From an uncultured Nitrososphaerota archaeon (lineage in GTDB: Archaea > Thermoproteota > Nitrososphaeria > Nitrososphaerales > Gagatemarchaeaceae): 64,000 nucleotides of DNA. The stretch is taken from positions 2,048,001 through 2,112,000 of the forward strand of contig OY969807.1 in NCBI GenBank assembly GCA_963703285.1, written 5' to 3'. The notes beneath the pieces were generated by a model that saw nothing but the letters and a program-made list of their open reading frames with translations, had not been told where the DNA came from and made no database searches. Positions 41,820 to 51,795 of this stretch are shown here, piece by piece (position 1 is the stretch's first letter; the number at the start of each line of letters is the position of its first letter). A program made the position numbers and the translations under genes.

Positions 41820-43295
41820 TTGCAGACACAGATACGGGAAAACTACGGCAAGCTGAAGCTCCTGATCGACGGCGACTGGATTGAATCGAGCTCGTCAGAC
41901 CTCGGCGAGGCCTACGACCCCGGAAAGGGCGCGAGGCTGGCGCAGGTGCCGTTCGCCCTCCCAGAGGAGGCGGACCGCGCGGCGGAGGCCGGAGCGGGGG
42001 CCTTCGAGAAGTGGCGGAACGTCTCGATACTCGAGCGCGTCAAGTACCTGTACAGGCTGAGGGACACCCTGGAGCGGCACTCCGAGGAGCTCGCGACGAT
42101 CAACACCCAGAACCACGGCAAGACACTTGAGGAGAGCCGCGGGGAGTTGAAGCGCTGCGTGGAGAACGTCGAGGTCGCCATCGCAGCAGCCTACACCCTT
42201 GCGAAGGGAGACACGCTCGACCAGATAGCCGAAGGGATCGACGTGAGCTTGTCCAAGGAGCCCCTCGGCGTCTTCTCCGTCGTCTGCCCCTTCAACTTCC
42301 CGGTCATGGTCCCGTTCTGGTTCATCCCCTACGCACTGGTCCTGGGGGACACCGTCGTGGTCAAGCCCAGCGAGCTCACCCCCGTACCGATGCAGCGCGT
42401 CGCCGAGCTGATACAGGACGAGGTCGGGCTGCCCCGCGGCGTTCTCAACGTCGTCCACGGGGGGAGGCAGGTCGTCGAGCGCCTGATAGCCAACAGGGAG
42501 GTGAAGGGCGTCACCTTCGTCGGGTCGACCCCGGTGGCCCGTCAGATCTACCGGATGGCGGGAGAGCACGGGAAGCGTGCCATCGCCAACGGCGGCGCCA
42601 AGAACAGCGTCCTCGTGATGCCCGACGCGGACCTCGACGCATCGATGTCAAACATGGTCTCATCCTTCTTCGGGAACACCGGACAGAGGTGCCTGGCTGG
42701 GGCGAACCTAGTCTCGGTAGGGGACGTCCACGACGTCCTCCTGGACAAGTTTGCAAGGGCCGCCCTCTCGCTCAAGGTCGGGTACGGCCTCGACGCTGGC
42801 GTCCAGATGGGGCCGCTCGTGACGGAAAAGGCCCGCGCCCGCGTCTCGGACTACGTCGAGGTGGGGGTGACAGAGGGAGCCAAGCCGGTCTCGGACGGGA
42901 GGACGCTCAGGGTCCTCGAGTATCCCAACGGATTCTACCTGGGGCCGACGATCCTCGACAAGGTCAACCTTGACATGAGGATAGCCCGGGAGGAGATATT
43001 CGGTCCGATCGCGAGCGTGTTGAGCGCCGAGACGCTCGATGGCGCCATCGAGATGATAAACGGCTCGACCAACTTCGGCAACATGGCGTGCATCTACACC
43101 TCCAGCGGGAGGTCCGCCCGAGAGTTCAGGAGGAGGATAGACGCGGGCAACATCGGCATCAACATAGGAGTGGCCGCGCCCTCGGCGTACTTTCCCTTCG
43201 GGGGGCGCAGGGACTCCTTCTACGGCGTGCTGCACGCGCAGATTGACACCATCGAGTTCTTCACGGACAAGAAGATCGCCATCTCAAGGTGGTAA
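41820..43295 (+). CDS. mmsA: CoA-acylating (methyl)malonate-semialdehyde dehydrogenase
   Basis: PFNFP, KPSE, FVGST, GGAKN, GQRCLA, EEIFGP. Confidence 0.9.
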   Translation: MQTQIRENYGKLKLLIDGDWIESSSSDLGEAYDPGKGARLAQVPFALPEEADRAAEAGAGAFEKWRNVSILERVKYLYRLRDTLERHSEELATINTQNHGKTLEESRGELKRCVENVEVAIAAAYTLAKGDTLDQIAEGIDVSLSKEPLGVFSVVCPFNFPVMVPFWFIPYALVLGDTVVVKPSELTPVPMQRVAELIQDEVGLPRGVLNVVHGGRQVVERLIANREVKGVTFVGSTPVARQIYRMAGEHGKRAIANGGAKNSVLVMPDADLDASMSNMVSSFFGNTGQRCLAGANLVSVGDVHDVLLDKFARAALSLKVGYGLDAGVQMGPLVTEKARARVSDYVEVGVTEGAKPVSDGRTLRVLEYPNGFYLGPTILDKVNLDMRIAREEIFGPIASVLSAETLDGAIEMINGSTNFGNMACIYTSSGRSAREFRRRIDAGNIGINIGVAAPSAYFPFGGRRDSFYGVLHAQIDTIEFFTDKKIAISRW

Positions 43296-43447
43296 CCGCT
43301 AGAGACACAGGAGTTCGTCGTGCCTGGGGCCGGCCGTGAATCCGCCAACTATCACAAGGACGTGGGCCGGCAGGGGTCCTTGGCCCCCGAAGAAGAACCG
43401 CTCCTGGAACTACAAGTTAAAAGGCGGCCGTTTCAACAGTTCCACCG

Positions 43448-44752
43448 TTGAAGTCCACGCTCTCCAACGAATCCGAGTATCTGATGCGCTGCTTACCGCA
43501 CCAGGAGGACATCACGGTCAAGGACGCCAAGGGGATGACGATAACCGACACCACCGGCAAGAAGTACCTCGACCTCTTCGGTGGGATTGCCGTCAACAAC
43601 GTGGGGCACTGCCACCCGAAGGTGGTGGCCGCGATAAGGGAGCAGGCGGGCCGTTTCATGCACACCTCGAACTACTACCACAACGACGTCCTGCCCGCTC
43701 TGGCCCGGCGCATTGCGGAGGTCTCGCCCCGCGGGCTTCACCGCAGCTTCTTCGCGAACAGCGGAACCGAGGCCATCGATGGGTCGGTCAAGCTCGCCAA
43801 GAAGTTCGCCTACGTCAGCGGCAAGAACGGGATGGGGGTGGTCTCGCTGCAGGGTTCGTTTCACGGAAGGCTATCGCTTACCCTCTCGCTGACCGGCCAG
43901 AAGAAGTACAAGTCGAAGCTCGGAAGCTATGCGTCGTTCCCGGGCATCTTCTACGCGCCCGTCCCCTACCACTACCGATACGGGGGCGACGAGTCGCCCG
44001 ACGACTTCGGTTTGGCGTGCGCGGAAGACCTGAGGGAAATCATCGACGAGTACTCAGAGGGAGACATCAGCGCCGTGATAATAGAGCCGATCCTCGGCGA
44101 AGGCGGGATAATCGTGCCCCCGGACACCTATCTGCCAAAGGTACAGCAGACCTGCAAGTCGAGGCAGATTCCCCTCATCATCGACGAGGTCCAGACGGGC
44201 ATCGGGCGGACCGGAGAGATGTTCGCGTCCCAGATTTGGAACATCCGGCCTGACATAATGGCCTTCGCCAAGGCAATCGGCGGCGGACTCCCCATGGGAG
44301 GCTTCATCGCGACCGATGAGGTGGCTTCCTCGTTCGAGGAGGGCGACCACAACTCCACTTTCGGGGGCAACCCTGTCTGCTGCGCCGCGGCGCTCGCGGT
44401 CCTCGATGTGATGGAAGAGGAGGGCCTGGTCAACAGGTCCAAGAGGATGGGCGACTACGCCCTAAGAAGGCTGGGCGAGCTCGCAGAGAGGTCCGACCTC
44501 ATCGGTGAGGTCAGGGGTCGAGGGTTGATGATAGGCGTCGAGCTGGTGAAGGACCGGAAGAAGACGCCGGCCGAAGCTGCCGCGGTGAAGGCAAAGGACA
44601 GCCTGAGGCGCCAGGGATTTCTTATCGGGGTAGGAGGGCTGTACCACAACGTCCTGAGGCTCGAACCTCCGCTCATAATCACGGAGAACGAGATCGACGC
44701 GAGCGTGGACGCCCTAGACTCCGCCCTGCGTTCGACCGGCAAGTCTGTCTAG
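43448..44752 (+). CDS. Class III PLP aminotransferase (beta-alanine/GABA-type)
   Basis: GHCHP, SGTEA, SFHGR, DEVQTG, AKAIGGG, STFGGNP. Confidence 0.92.
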   Translation: MKSTLSNESEYLMRCLPHQEDITVKDAKGMTITDTTGKKYLDLFGGIAVNNVGHCHPKVVAAIREQAGRFMHTSNYYHNDVLPALARRIAEVSPRGLHRSFFANSGTEAIDGSVKLAKKFAYVSGKNGMGVVSLQGSFHGRLSLTLSLTGQKKYKSKLGSYASFPGIFYAPVPYHYRYGGDESPDDFGLACAEDLREIIDEYSEGDISAVIIEPILGEGGIIVPPDTYLPKVQQTCKSRQIPLIIDEVQTGIGRTGEMFASQIWNIRPDIMAFAKAIGGGLPMGGFIATDEVASSFEEGDHNSTFGGNPVCCAAALAVLDVMEEEGLVNRSKRMGDYALRRLGELAERSDLIGEVRGRGLMIGVELVKDRKKTPAEAAAVKAKDSLRRQGFLIGVGGLYHNVLRLEPPLIITENEIDASVDALDSALRSTGKSV

Positions 44753-44771
44753 TACATTCTGGGAGTTCCCC

Positions 44772-45605
44772 TCAGCCCGCAGTCCCGCCAGCGCCTAGAG
44801 TCTCCGGCGGAACGAAGGCCCGGTACCTCCGGTTCACCGCCACGACGATCGCGACACAGAAGATGAACCCGTAGGTGATGCTGGCGGCGTGGACCAGCGC
44901 GGTCGGAGGTGGCTGAACGAGTATGGCCGGGGGAGGAGGGATTACGACCGTGGGCGTGCCCCCGTTCCCGGAGACAACGACCTGGTGGGCGGGCAGCGTG
45001 ACCAATCCTGCGAAGAGCAGGAGCAGGAAGACATACGCCGCAAAGGCGCAGACGAGCGCAAGCTGGTCCCTGGGCCGGGACGGCCGGAGCACGGATCCCT
45101 GCCTAGCCACCAAGCGACCCTTCCTCTGCAACGCAATCAGGCCGAAGCAGATTAGGAAGGCCGCGAAGGTGTACCCTATCACGGCGTTGGAGAGACCGGA
45201 CATGCCGTAGAACGAGCAGTAGCTTCCGCAGATTCGGGGGGTCACGTAGACCGACGATATGGCCGTCAGCTGGGCGAACCCCCCGACTGCGACCGCAATG
45301 AGCGGCAGGAGATACGCCGAGGTGACCCGGAGCGCGCGCGGGAGGTACAGGAGCACCATCAGGAGGAAGGCGGAAGACGTCACGACGTTCTCGACGTTCA
45401 CGGACCCGTCGTAGACGAAGTTCGAGGTGAGGAGCCCGAGCGGGTTCCCTGGCGAGCCCTCCACGGAGGGCGCCGGGGAGATTCGGTAGAAGGAGAAGAA
45501 CACCATCACCGAGGAGAGCGCGACTACGGGAAGCGCGACGAAGAGGACGCCGACCGCACGCCTCGCCGAGAAGCTCGACAAGCGACCATGCATGACTTCT
45601 ATCAT
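44772..45605 (-). CDS. Divergent rhomboid-like intramembrane serine protease
   Basis: Multi-TM; GMSG motif and distal VHAASITYG. Confidence 0.55.
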   Translation of the reverse strand: MIEVMHGRLSSFSARRAVGVLFVALPVVALSSVMVFFSFYRISPAPSVEGSPGNPLGLLTSNFVYDGSVNVENVVTSSAFLLMVLLYLPRALRVTSAYLLPLIAVAVGGFAQLTAISSVYVTPRICGSYCSFYGMSGLSNAVIGYTFAAFLICFGLIALQRKGRLVARQGSVLRPSRPRDQLALVCAFAAYVFLLLLFAGLVTLPAHQVVVSGNGGTPTVVIPPPPAILVQPPPTALVHAASITYGFIFCVAIVVAVNRRYRAFVPPETLGAGGTAG

Positions 45606-45906
45606 TGTCTATGAGCCTACTGGGCTCCCCGCCCAACCATGGCCCGTCTCACCAAGCGCTGGATAGTGAATGGCGCTCTAGAAAAATCATACCATCCGCA
45701 TCTCGAGTTCGGAGAACGCAGCAGCAACACCGCTATCTCCCCCGATGACAGCCACACCCCTGTTACGGGTGGACGCCAGGTCGGGCGAAGGGTCCCGCCA
45801 CCAACTCTCTTCTCCTCCGCACGTTCTCATTTTTGATACAAAGCCAAACAGGTACGGGGAATTGGACAAATACAAGAAATATTTCGGTCGGTCATCGGGA
45901 ATTGTG

Positions 45907-46695
45907 TTGACAGAAAATAAGAAAAGTGCGAAAGGCGTTCGGAAGTCAGTTAAACCGAACAAGACATTTGCAAAGAAGGTAGGTGTTTCCGCCGGACCAA
46001 TCGACACGGTCCTGGAGACGAAGGTTACCAAGCGTACCCTCCTCAAGGGTACCATTGCGGCGGGCGCCGTCGTGGGCGTATCCGCCCTGGCGCTGCGAGG
46101 GGGTGTCCTGCAGACCTCCGGGAGCGGCGTACAGCAGACCTCGTCGGTGCCGGCTGCGCCTGCGGCTGCAGCGCCCAACCCGTTCGCCGCCCAGACGGTG
46201 ACGTTCACGGTCAACGGAACCAGCTACACGGTCTCGGTCGAGCCGAGAGACATGCTCGCCAACGTTCTCAGGGACGACCTCGGGCTCGTCGGCACAAAGA
46301 TGGGGTGCAACAGGATGGCGTGCGGCGCCTGCACGGTCCTGATAGACGGCGAAGCCCACGAGGCGTGCCAGTACCCGGCGATAAGGGCAGGCGGCCACAC
46401 GATACTGACGACCGAGGGGGGCGTCCCAACGACGACGTCGACTGGCACAGTCACGGTGCCGGCTGACCCGGTGATCGCCGCTCTTCAGGCTGCGTGGGTC
46501 CAGAACGACGGAGGCCAGTGCGCCTTCTGCGGCGCCGGCAACATCATGGCCGCCGCGGCGCTGCTGAAGCAGAACACGAGCCCCACGGTGGCTCAGATAC
46601 AGCAGGCCCTCTCGGGCAACCTCTGCCGGTGCGGCAACTACCTGGCCATAATCGCCTCCGTGCAGGCCGCGGCGACGGCCCTTGGAGGTGCTTGA
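45907..46695 (+). CDS. Molybdo-flavoenzyme [2Fe-2S] subunit with Tat-like signal (PaoA/CoxS-like)
   Basis: TKRTLLKG + hydrophobic stretch; GCNRMACGACTV; QCAFC; GNLCRCG. Confidence 0.9.
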   Translation: MTENKKSAKGVRKSVKPNKTFAKKVGVSAGPIDTVLETKVTKRTLLKGTIAAGAVVGVSALALRGGVLQTSGSGVQQTSSVPAAPAAAAPNPFAAQTVTFTVNGTSYTVSVEPRDMLANVLRDDLGLVGTKMGCNRMACGACTVLIDGEAHEACQYPAIRAGGHTILTTEGGVPTTTSTGTVTVPADPVIAALQAAWVQNDGGQCAFCGAGNIMAAAALLKQNTSPTVAQIQQALSGNLCRCGNYLAIIASVQAAATALGGA

Positions 46696-46699
46696 GAGA

Positions 46700-49081
46700 A
46701 TGTCTTCCTCCTACTCACTGGTGGGCAACGCCAGCGTCACGAGACGGGGCCTCATCAACAGGATCAACGGGACGGGGCACTTCACAACCGACATCTCGGC
46801 GAGCGACATCGGGGCCTCCAGCATGGTCTACTTTGGCCTGGTGATGAGCCCCTACCCGAGCGCGCTGATCAAGAGCATCGACGTGAGCAAGGCCGAGGCG
46901 GCGGGATACACGACGCTGACCGCAGCCGACCTGCCTGCATACAACTACGTTAACGAGGGTCGAAATTTCCTGCCCCTGGCGAGGGACTCGGTCCTCTTCG
47001 CCGGCCAGCCGGTGGCGGCCGTCGCCTCGACCGACCCGGACACCATCACGGACGGCATCGACCTCGTGAACGTGGCCTACGAGCCGCAGCCATACGTCTT
47101 CGACGCGGAGGAGGCGCTCAAGCCTGGCGCACCTCAGCTCTACCCGGGAGGGAACAGCCTGACGGGCCCAGAGCCGGTCACGATTTCCTACGGCGACGTC
47201 GAGACGGCCCTCTCCGCGGCTGACGCTGTGGTCACACAGAGGTTCGACTACCCAATCCTCCAGCACTTCCAGATCGAACCGAGCGGCTGCGTCGCCTGGT
47301 GGACGGGAGGCACGCTCTACACCTATCAAAGGTCCAACTACGCCTTCGGCGACCAGTCTAGCCTGGCGAGCTACTTCGGGATCCCGGTCTCGGACGTGGT
47401 CTGCAGGGTGGCCCTCGGAGGCTCAACCAACTCCATGAACGGCGGGATGTTCGGCAACGCCGTGAACGAGAACTCGCTCGTCATCGCTGCTGCGATGTCC
47501 CAGAAGGTCGGCGCGCCCGTCAAGTGGGTTGGCACTCGCTTCGCGGACGCACGCTCGACAAACAGCAGGTTCCCCACTAGGTGCTACTGCGCGTTCGGCG
47601 GGACGAAGGCAGGCCTCCTGACAGCGATGCAGGTGAACATGTACTACAACATGGGCGCCGTCGGAGGCAGCATGACGGACGGCGCTGACGACTTCTACAA
47701 CACGTACGTCGTCCCGAACCTCGAGATCAACCAGTACGTCGTAAGCACCAACGCGTACAGCATGGGCACCCCAATGAGGGACGTCGGAGAGAGCCAGACC
47801 CACTTCGCGATGGAGTCGACCATAGACATGCTCGCGGATCAGCTCGGGATCGACCCCGTCACCTTCAGGCTCAACAACATGAGGACGAGCGCCACAGCCA
47901 CGGACCCCGTGGCCGGCACGCCCTACAGCACTCTCCCCCAGCCGCAGGTCTTCAACTCTGCAACGAGCGCCTTCAACTGGACGTCGCTCTGGAAGGGCTG
48001 GGGCGTCCCGAGCTCGACGAGCGGCTCCATCCGCTACGGCGTCGGCCTGGCTCTCGAGAGCTGCAACAAGGGAGGTTACATGCCTGTCTGCTGGGGCCAG
48101 ATAACCGTCAACCCCGACGGGAGCGTGGCCATCTACAACGGACAGTCCGACCAGGGAGGGGGCACCACCACGACGCTTCCCCTGCTGGCGGCGCAGTTCA
48201 TCGGACTCAGCTCGCTCGAGAACGTGACATACTACTCTGGCGACACGTCGGTCACCTCTGACTCCGGCGGCACCTTCGGCAGCCTGGGCACGATGACCGG
48301 CGGCCTCGGGGTGCTATCCGCCGCCACCGCCCTCGGACGCGCGTGGTTCCCGATAGTGGCGGCAGCCCTGGCCCCCGGCACCAAGGCGTCCAACCTCGCG
48401 TTCGGCGGTGGCATCGGAGCCGGCTTCAGCGGCGTCGGCGGGAGCGTCTCGCCGCAGCCCTCGGGAATAATCTACGACACGACGAACCCCTCCAACCAGA
48501 TGACCTTCCAGCAGGCGGCGGCGCTCCTCAGCGCGCCCCTCACAGTCACCGGGTACGGGCCCCCCTCGGAGTTCCCGGGCCTCGCGTTCACGCACCGCGA
48601 CTCCGGGACGAAGATCGCGATGGTGGCCGTCGACACGCTGACCGCCGACGCCGAGGTCGTGAGCGTCGTGAGCGCGCTGGACATAGGCCGCGTCGTCTTC
48701 GCGAAGGGAGCCCGGTCCCAGCTCGAGGGCGCCTTCATCGGCCTCGGGATGGGCGAGGCGCTCTTCGAGGAGGTGCTCAACGACCCGACGACTGGTCTCG
48801 CCCGTTCCGGAAGCTACCTCAACCCGAACTACCTCGACATGAAGATACCGACCATCATGCAGGCACCCTCCAGCTTCACGTGCCTCCCCTACGAGAGCCT
48901 CGACCCGACGGGCCCGTTCGGGGCCAAGGGGATGGGCGAGGACTCCCTGTGCGCCACCTCGGCCGCGATAGCGAACGCGATGAGCAACGCCCTGGGCGGC
49001 TACAGGTTCACGAGCGTCCCAATGAGGAAGGAGGACATTGTGGCCGCGCTGCAGTGGATGCAGGCGAACGGGAAACTCTAA
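46700..49081 (+). CDS. Xanthine dehydrogenase family molybdopterin-binding subunit (PaoC/CoxL-like)
   Basis: GQPVAAV, IEPSG, PMR, DPVTFRLNN, GPFGAKGMGE. Confidence 0.9.
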   Translation: MSSSYSLVGNASVTRRGLINRINGTGHFTTDISASDIGASSMVYFGLVMSPYPSALIKSIDVSKAEAAGYTTLTAADLPAYNYVNEGRNFLPLARDSVLFAGQPVAAVASTDPDTITDGIDLVNVAYEPQPYVFDAEEALKPGAPQLYPGGNSLTGPEPVTISYGDVETALSAADAVVTQRFDYPILQHFQIEPSGCVAWWTGGTLYTYQRSNYAFGDQSSLASYFGIPVSDVVCRVALGGSTNSMNGGMFGNAVNENSLVIAAAMSQKVGAPVKWVGTRFADARSTNSRFPTRCYCAFGGTKAGLLTAMQVNMYYNMGAVGGSMTDGADDFYNTYVVPNLEINQYVVSTNAYSMGTPMRDVGESQTHFAMESTIDMLADQLGIDPVTFRLNNMRTSATATDPVAGTPYSTLPQPQVFNSATSAFNWTSLWKGWGVPSSTSGSIRYGVGLALESCNKGGYMPVCWGQITVNPDGSVAIYNGQSDQGGGTTTTLPLLAAQFIGLSSLENVTYYSGDTSVTSDSGGTFGSLGTMTGGLGVLSAATALGRAWFPIVAAALAPGTKASNLAFGGGIGAGFSGVGGSVSPQPSGIIYDTTNPSNQMTFQQAAALLSAPLTVTGYGPPSEFPGLAFTHRDSGTKIAMVAVDTLTADAEVVSVVSALDIGRVVFAKGARSQLEGAFIGLGMGEALFEEVLNDPTTGLARSGSYLNPNYLDMKIPTIMQAPSSFTCLPYESLDPTGPFGAKGMGEDSLCATSAAIANAMSNALGGYRFTSVPMRKEDIVAALQWMQANGKL

Positions 49082-49094
49082 GTGGTGAAGACAG

Positions 49095-50108
49095 ATGAGA
49101 AACGAATTAGCGCAATTCGGATACCTACAGCCAACATCGGTCAGTGACGCGGTCTCGCTCCTGACCAAGTACGGCGGTCAGGCGAGGGTCATCGCCGGAG
49201 GTACCGACCTACTCTACCAGATGAAGGAGCACATCGACCTCCTCACGCCGCAGTATGTCGTCGACATCACCGGGCTCAACCTGAGCGGCATAAGCTACAG
49301 CTCGAGCTCGGGACTCACGATAGGAGCCACCACCAACGTCTCAGACCTGCTCAACAACTCCGACGTCAAGGCGAACTACGGTGCGCTCTACGGCGCGGTC
49401 TCCGGCCATCCCGCGCAGATCGCCAACCAGGCGACCGTGGCGGGCGACATCTCCCAGGAGGTCTGGTGCTGGTACCTGAGGAACAACTACGACTGCTGGC
49501 GCAACGGCGGGAACGTCTGCTACGCACCCAACGGCGACAACCGCTACTACCACAGCCTCTTCGGCGGCAACCTCTGCTACGCAGTGCACGCGGGCGACAT
49601 AACGCCCGCCCTCTTCGCCCTCAACGCCACCGTGACCATCCAGGGACCAGGGGGTTCGACGACCGAGTCGATGGACTCCTTCATGCCCGGCGTCACCATC
49701 GTCGACGGCCGCGTCAAGGAGAACAGCCTCCGATACAACGAGATCGTGACCTCGATAAACGTCCCCGCCCCCGCATCCGGCTCGGTCAGCGCCTTCTACA
49801 AGGCGAGCGATAGGAACGCAATCGACTTCGCACTCGCCAACTGCGCGGTCAGCGCGACCCTGAGCGGGACCACCGCCTCGAACGTGAGGCTGGTCCTGGG
49901 AGGGGTAGCCAACAAGCCCATCCGCGCCACGGCCGCAGAGAGCTACCTGAACGGACAGCAGCTCAACGCGAGCGTGATATCGGCCGCTGCCACCAAGGCC
50001 CTCTCCGGTGCCACGCCGCTGACGACGGGCACGGGGAACGCCTTCCGGGTCTACATCGCTCAGGGGGTCGTGCAGAAGGCCCTCAGCAGCCTGGTCAATA
50101 GTTCATAA
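49095..50108 (+). CDS. Molybdo-flavoenzyme FAD subunit with probable [4Fe-4S] insert (PaoB/HcrB-like)
   Basis: AGGTDL, ATVAG, CWY..DC..NVC..LC, DFALA. Confidence 0.9.
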   Translation: MRNELAQFGYLQPTSVSDAVSLLTKYGGQARVIAGGTDLLYQMKEHIDLLTPQYVVDITGLNLSGISYSSSSGLTIGATTNVSDLLNNSDVKANYGALYGAVSGHPAQIANQATVAGDISQEVWCWYLRNNYDCWRNGGNVCYAPNGDNRYYHSLFGGNLCYAVHAGDITPALFALNATVTIQGPGGSTTESMDSFMPGVTIVDGRVKENSLRYNEIVTSINVPAPASGSVSAFYKASDRNAIDFALANCAVSATLSGTTASNVRLVLGGVANKPIRATAAESYLNGQQLNASVISAAATKALSGATPLTTGTGNAFRVYIAQGVVQKALSSLVNSS

Positions 50109-50109
50109 G
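50102..50109 (+). promoter_or_regulatory. Putative TATA box overlapping the FAD-subunit stop codon
   Basis: TTCATAA starts 30 nt before ATG 50132; same spacing at 51977 and 53415. Confidence 0.6.
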
Positions 50110-50131
50110 GCACGAGTGCAGTACTCCCTGT

Positions 50132-50377
50132 ATGAGTTCCAGCAGCGCCCCGGAGCACCTCCCACCGGAGGTGCTCACCATCCCCGAGATGCTCGAGAGG
50201 TACAAGGACCACTGGGTGGGCATCGAGGTCACCGAGAGGGACAAGAGCCTCCAGCCCGTGAAGGGGAGGGTCCTCGCGCACGACCCAGACCGATACGGGT
50301 TGAGGGAGAAGACATCCAGGTACCCAGAGGTCTGTATCTTCTATGCTGGTGAGCCGCCATTTCCTCTGCTCCTGTGA
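50132..50377 (+). CDS. DUF5678-like small protein, copy 1
   Basis: YKDHWVGIEVTERD...GRVLAHD...IFYAGE; 81 aa. Confidence 0.8.
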   Translation: MSSSSAPEHLPPEVLTIPEMLERYKDHWVGIEVTERDKSLQPVKGRVLAHDPDRYGLREKTSRYPEVCIFYAGEPPFPLLL

Positions 50378-50808
50378 CCGGGGCAGCAACACTCGAGCAT
50401 GCCTTCGGGAAGCTCCCCACGGTTTTCGCTAGGGTCAAGGGACGGAACGGCAAGGTAAGGGAGTACAGTGCGCTGGTCGTCCCTACCTCTGAGTTCTGCA
50501 TACTCCCGACCGTCGACGCCTACAGTTTGGGATACCCTGAGGTCATCTCCAACAACTCGCGCATCCCACCGAAGAATTCGATGGTGCTCGCCACCTACTC
50601 GGGGTACACGAGAGGGCTCCCCATCAGGATACCCCAGGTCGACATCGGCAGCATCTCGTCCAAGGACGTCGAGTTCCTGGTGATCGACCTGCCGCAGGTC
50701 ATCGGCTTCGACATGGTCCTCGGGCAGTCACTGCTCAGGTGCATGAGGGTGGAGATGGACTTCTCGTCGCGCACGCTGAAGATAGAGGGAGCCGCGGGCC
50801 CGAGATGA
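50374..50808 (+). CDS. Retropepsin-fold protein A lacking the catalytic Asp
   Basis: ALVVPTS at the DTG position; FDMVLGQSLL; GTGA overlap with upstream gene. Confidence 0.75.
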   Translation: MTGAATLEHAFGKLPTVFARVKGRNGKVREYSALVVPTSEFCILPTVDAYSLGYPEVISNNSRIPPKNSMVLATYSGYTRGLPIRIPQVDIGSISSKDVEFLVIDLPQVIGFDMVLGQSLLRCMRVEMDFSSRTLKIEGAAGPR

Positions 50809-51248
50809 GGTTCGCGCTGAACAAGCAGATGAGCCTGTTCGCGAAGGTCAAGGGACCGAACGGCCACGTCAGCGAGCTCAACTGCCTGCTCGACCCCAAC
50901 ACACCATTCACGGTTCTCTTCACGCGGGACGGGGTGAACCTTGGCTTCCCGGAGGCGGCCCTCCGTCCACGCGACTGGCAGAAGCTACACCCGGATCGTG
51001 TGGTCTACATCGCCGGGCTCCGGGGCATCGAGATGACGACTGCCCTTGAACTCACCGAAATCAGGCTGGGCGACCTCGTCGCCAGGAACGTGAAGACAGT
51101 AGTGTTGGAGATGGGCCTGCCGCGGATGTTCCCGTTCGAGATGATCCTGGGACGCTCCTTCCTCGACAACTTCAAGCTGACGCTAGACCCGCAGAAGGGT
51201 GTCCTTAAGCTTGCGGAGCCGCGGAAGCCGACGAAGCCGTTCAAGTGA
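50805..51248 (+). CDS. Retropepsin-fold protein B
   Basis: CLLDPNT; FEMILGRSFLDNF; ATGA overlap. Confidence 0.8.
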   Translation: MRFALNKQMSLFAKVKGPNGHVSELNCLLDPNTPFTVLFTRDGVNLGFPEAALRPRDWQKLHPDRVVYIAGLRGIEMTTALELTEIRLGDLVARNVKTVVLEMGLPRMFPFEMILGRSFLDNFKLTLDPQKGVLKLAEPRKPTKPFK

Positions 51249-51325
51249 GGAGGACGGTCAGCAACCCAAACCTTCTCGGGCAACAGCTTAACTACGCCGA
51301 CGGTGCTCGACCTGCCGCGGTTGGC

Positions 51326-51781
51326 ATGAAGGTAAGCTCGATCGCTCGCAGTTCGGCCGTCATTGCCGTAGTCCTCGTGCTGGGCTTGGGCCTCTTCCTA
51401 TTCGCGAATCGCACGCAGCCCTATTCGGTCACGCCGACCACCACCTCGACGGTCCCTGTCGCTCCTTCGTCCACCAATGCCGCTGTGATGAGGTTCACGA
51501 GTCCGAACGCGAGTGTGCCGCTCGAGGTCGGCGAGGTCCTCACAATCTCGGGCTTCATCACGCCCGCGCCCTCTCTGCCTGACTACGTTGTCGTCCAGGC
51601 CGGAGAGTCAGACTCCACAACTGCCATTGACGGAGTCGCCGTCCCGTTGGCGCCGGATGGTTCGTTCTCCTACTCTATCGTAGTGAGCCCGCTGTGGGAC
51701 GCAGGCCAGTACCTCATAACGGTCACCGATTCCAGCGGAGTGACAGGAATCTCGAGCTTCTTCATCCTTCCTCAATCTTGA
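51326..51781 (+). CDS. Membrane-anchored Ig-like beta-sandwich protein
   Basis: N-terminal TM, S/T linker, LTISG...DGSFSY...GQYLITVTD. Confidence 0.7.
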   Translation: MKVSSIARSSAVIAVVLVLGLGLFLFANRTQPYSVTPTTTSTVPVAPSSTNAAVMRFTSPNASVPLEVGEVLTISGFITPAPSLPDYVVVQAGESDSTTAIDGVAVPLAPDGSFSYSIVVSPLWDAGQYLITVTDSSGVTGISSFFILPQS

Positions 51782-51795
51782 CGACAGCGTCGATG

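Noticed and set aside
46700-49081. Aerobic CO dehydrogenase CoxL
   Set aside because: Lacks the AYxCSFR/AYRGAGR loop; Tat export and the Cys insert point to a PaoABC-like type
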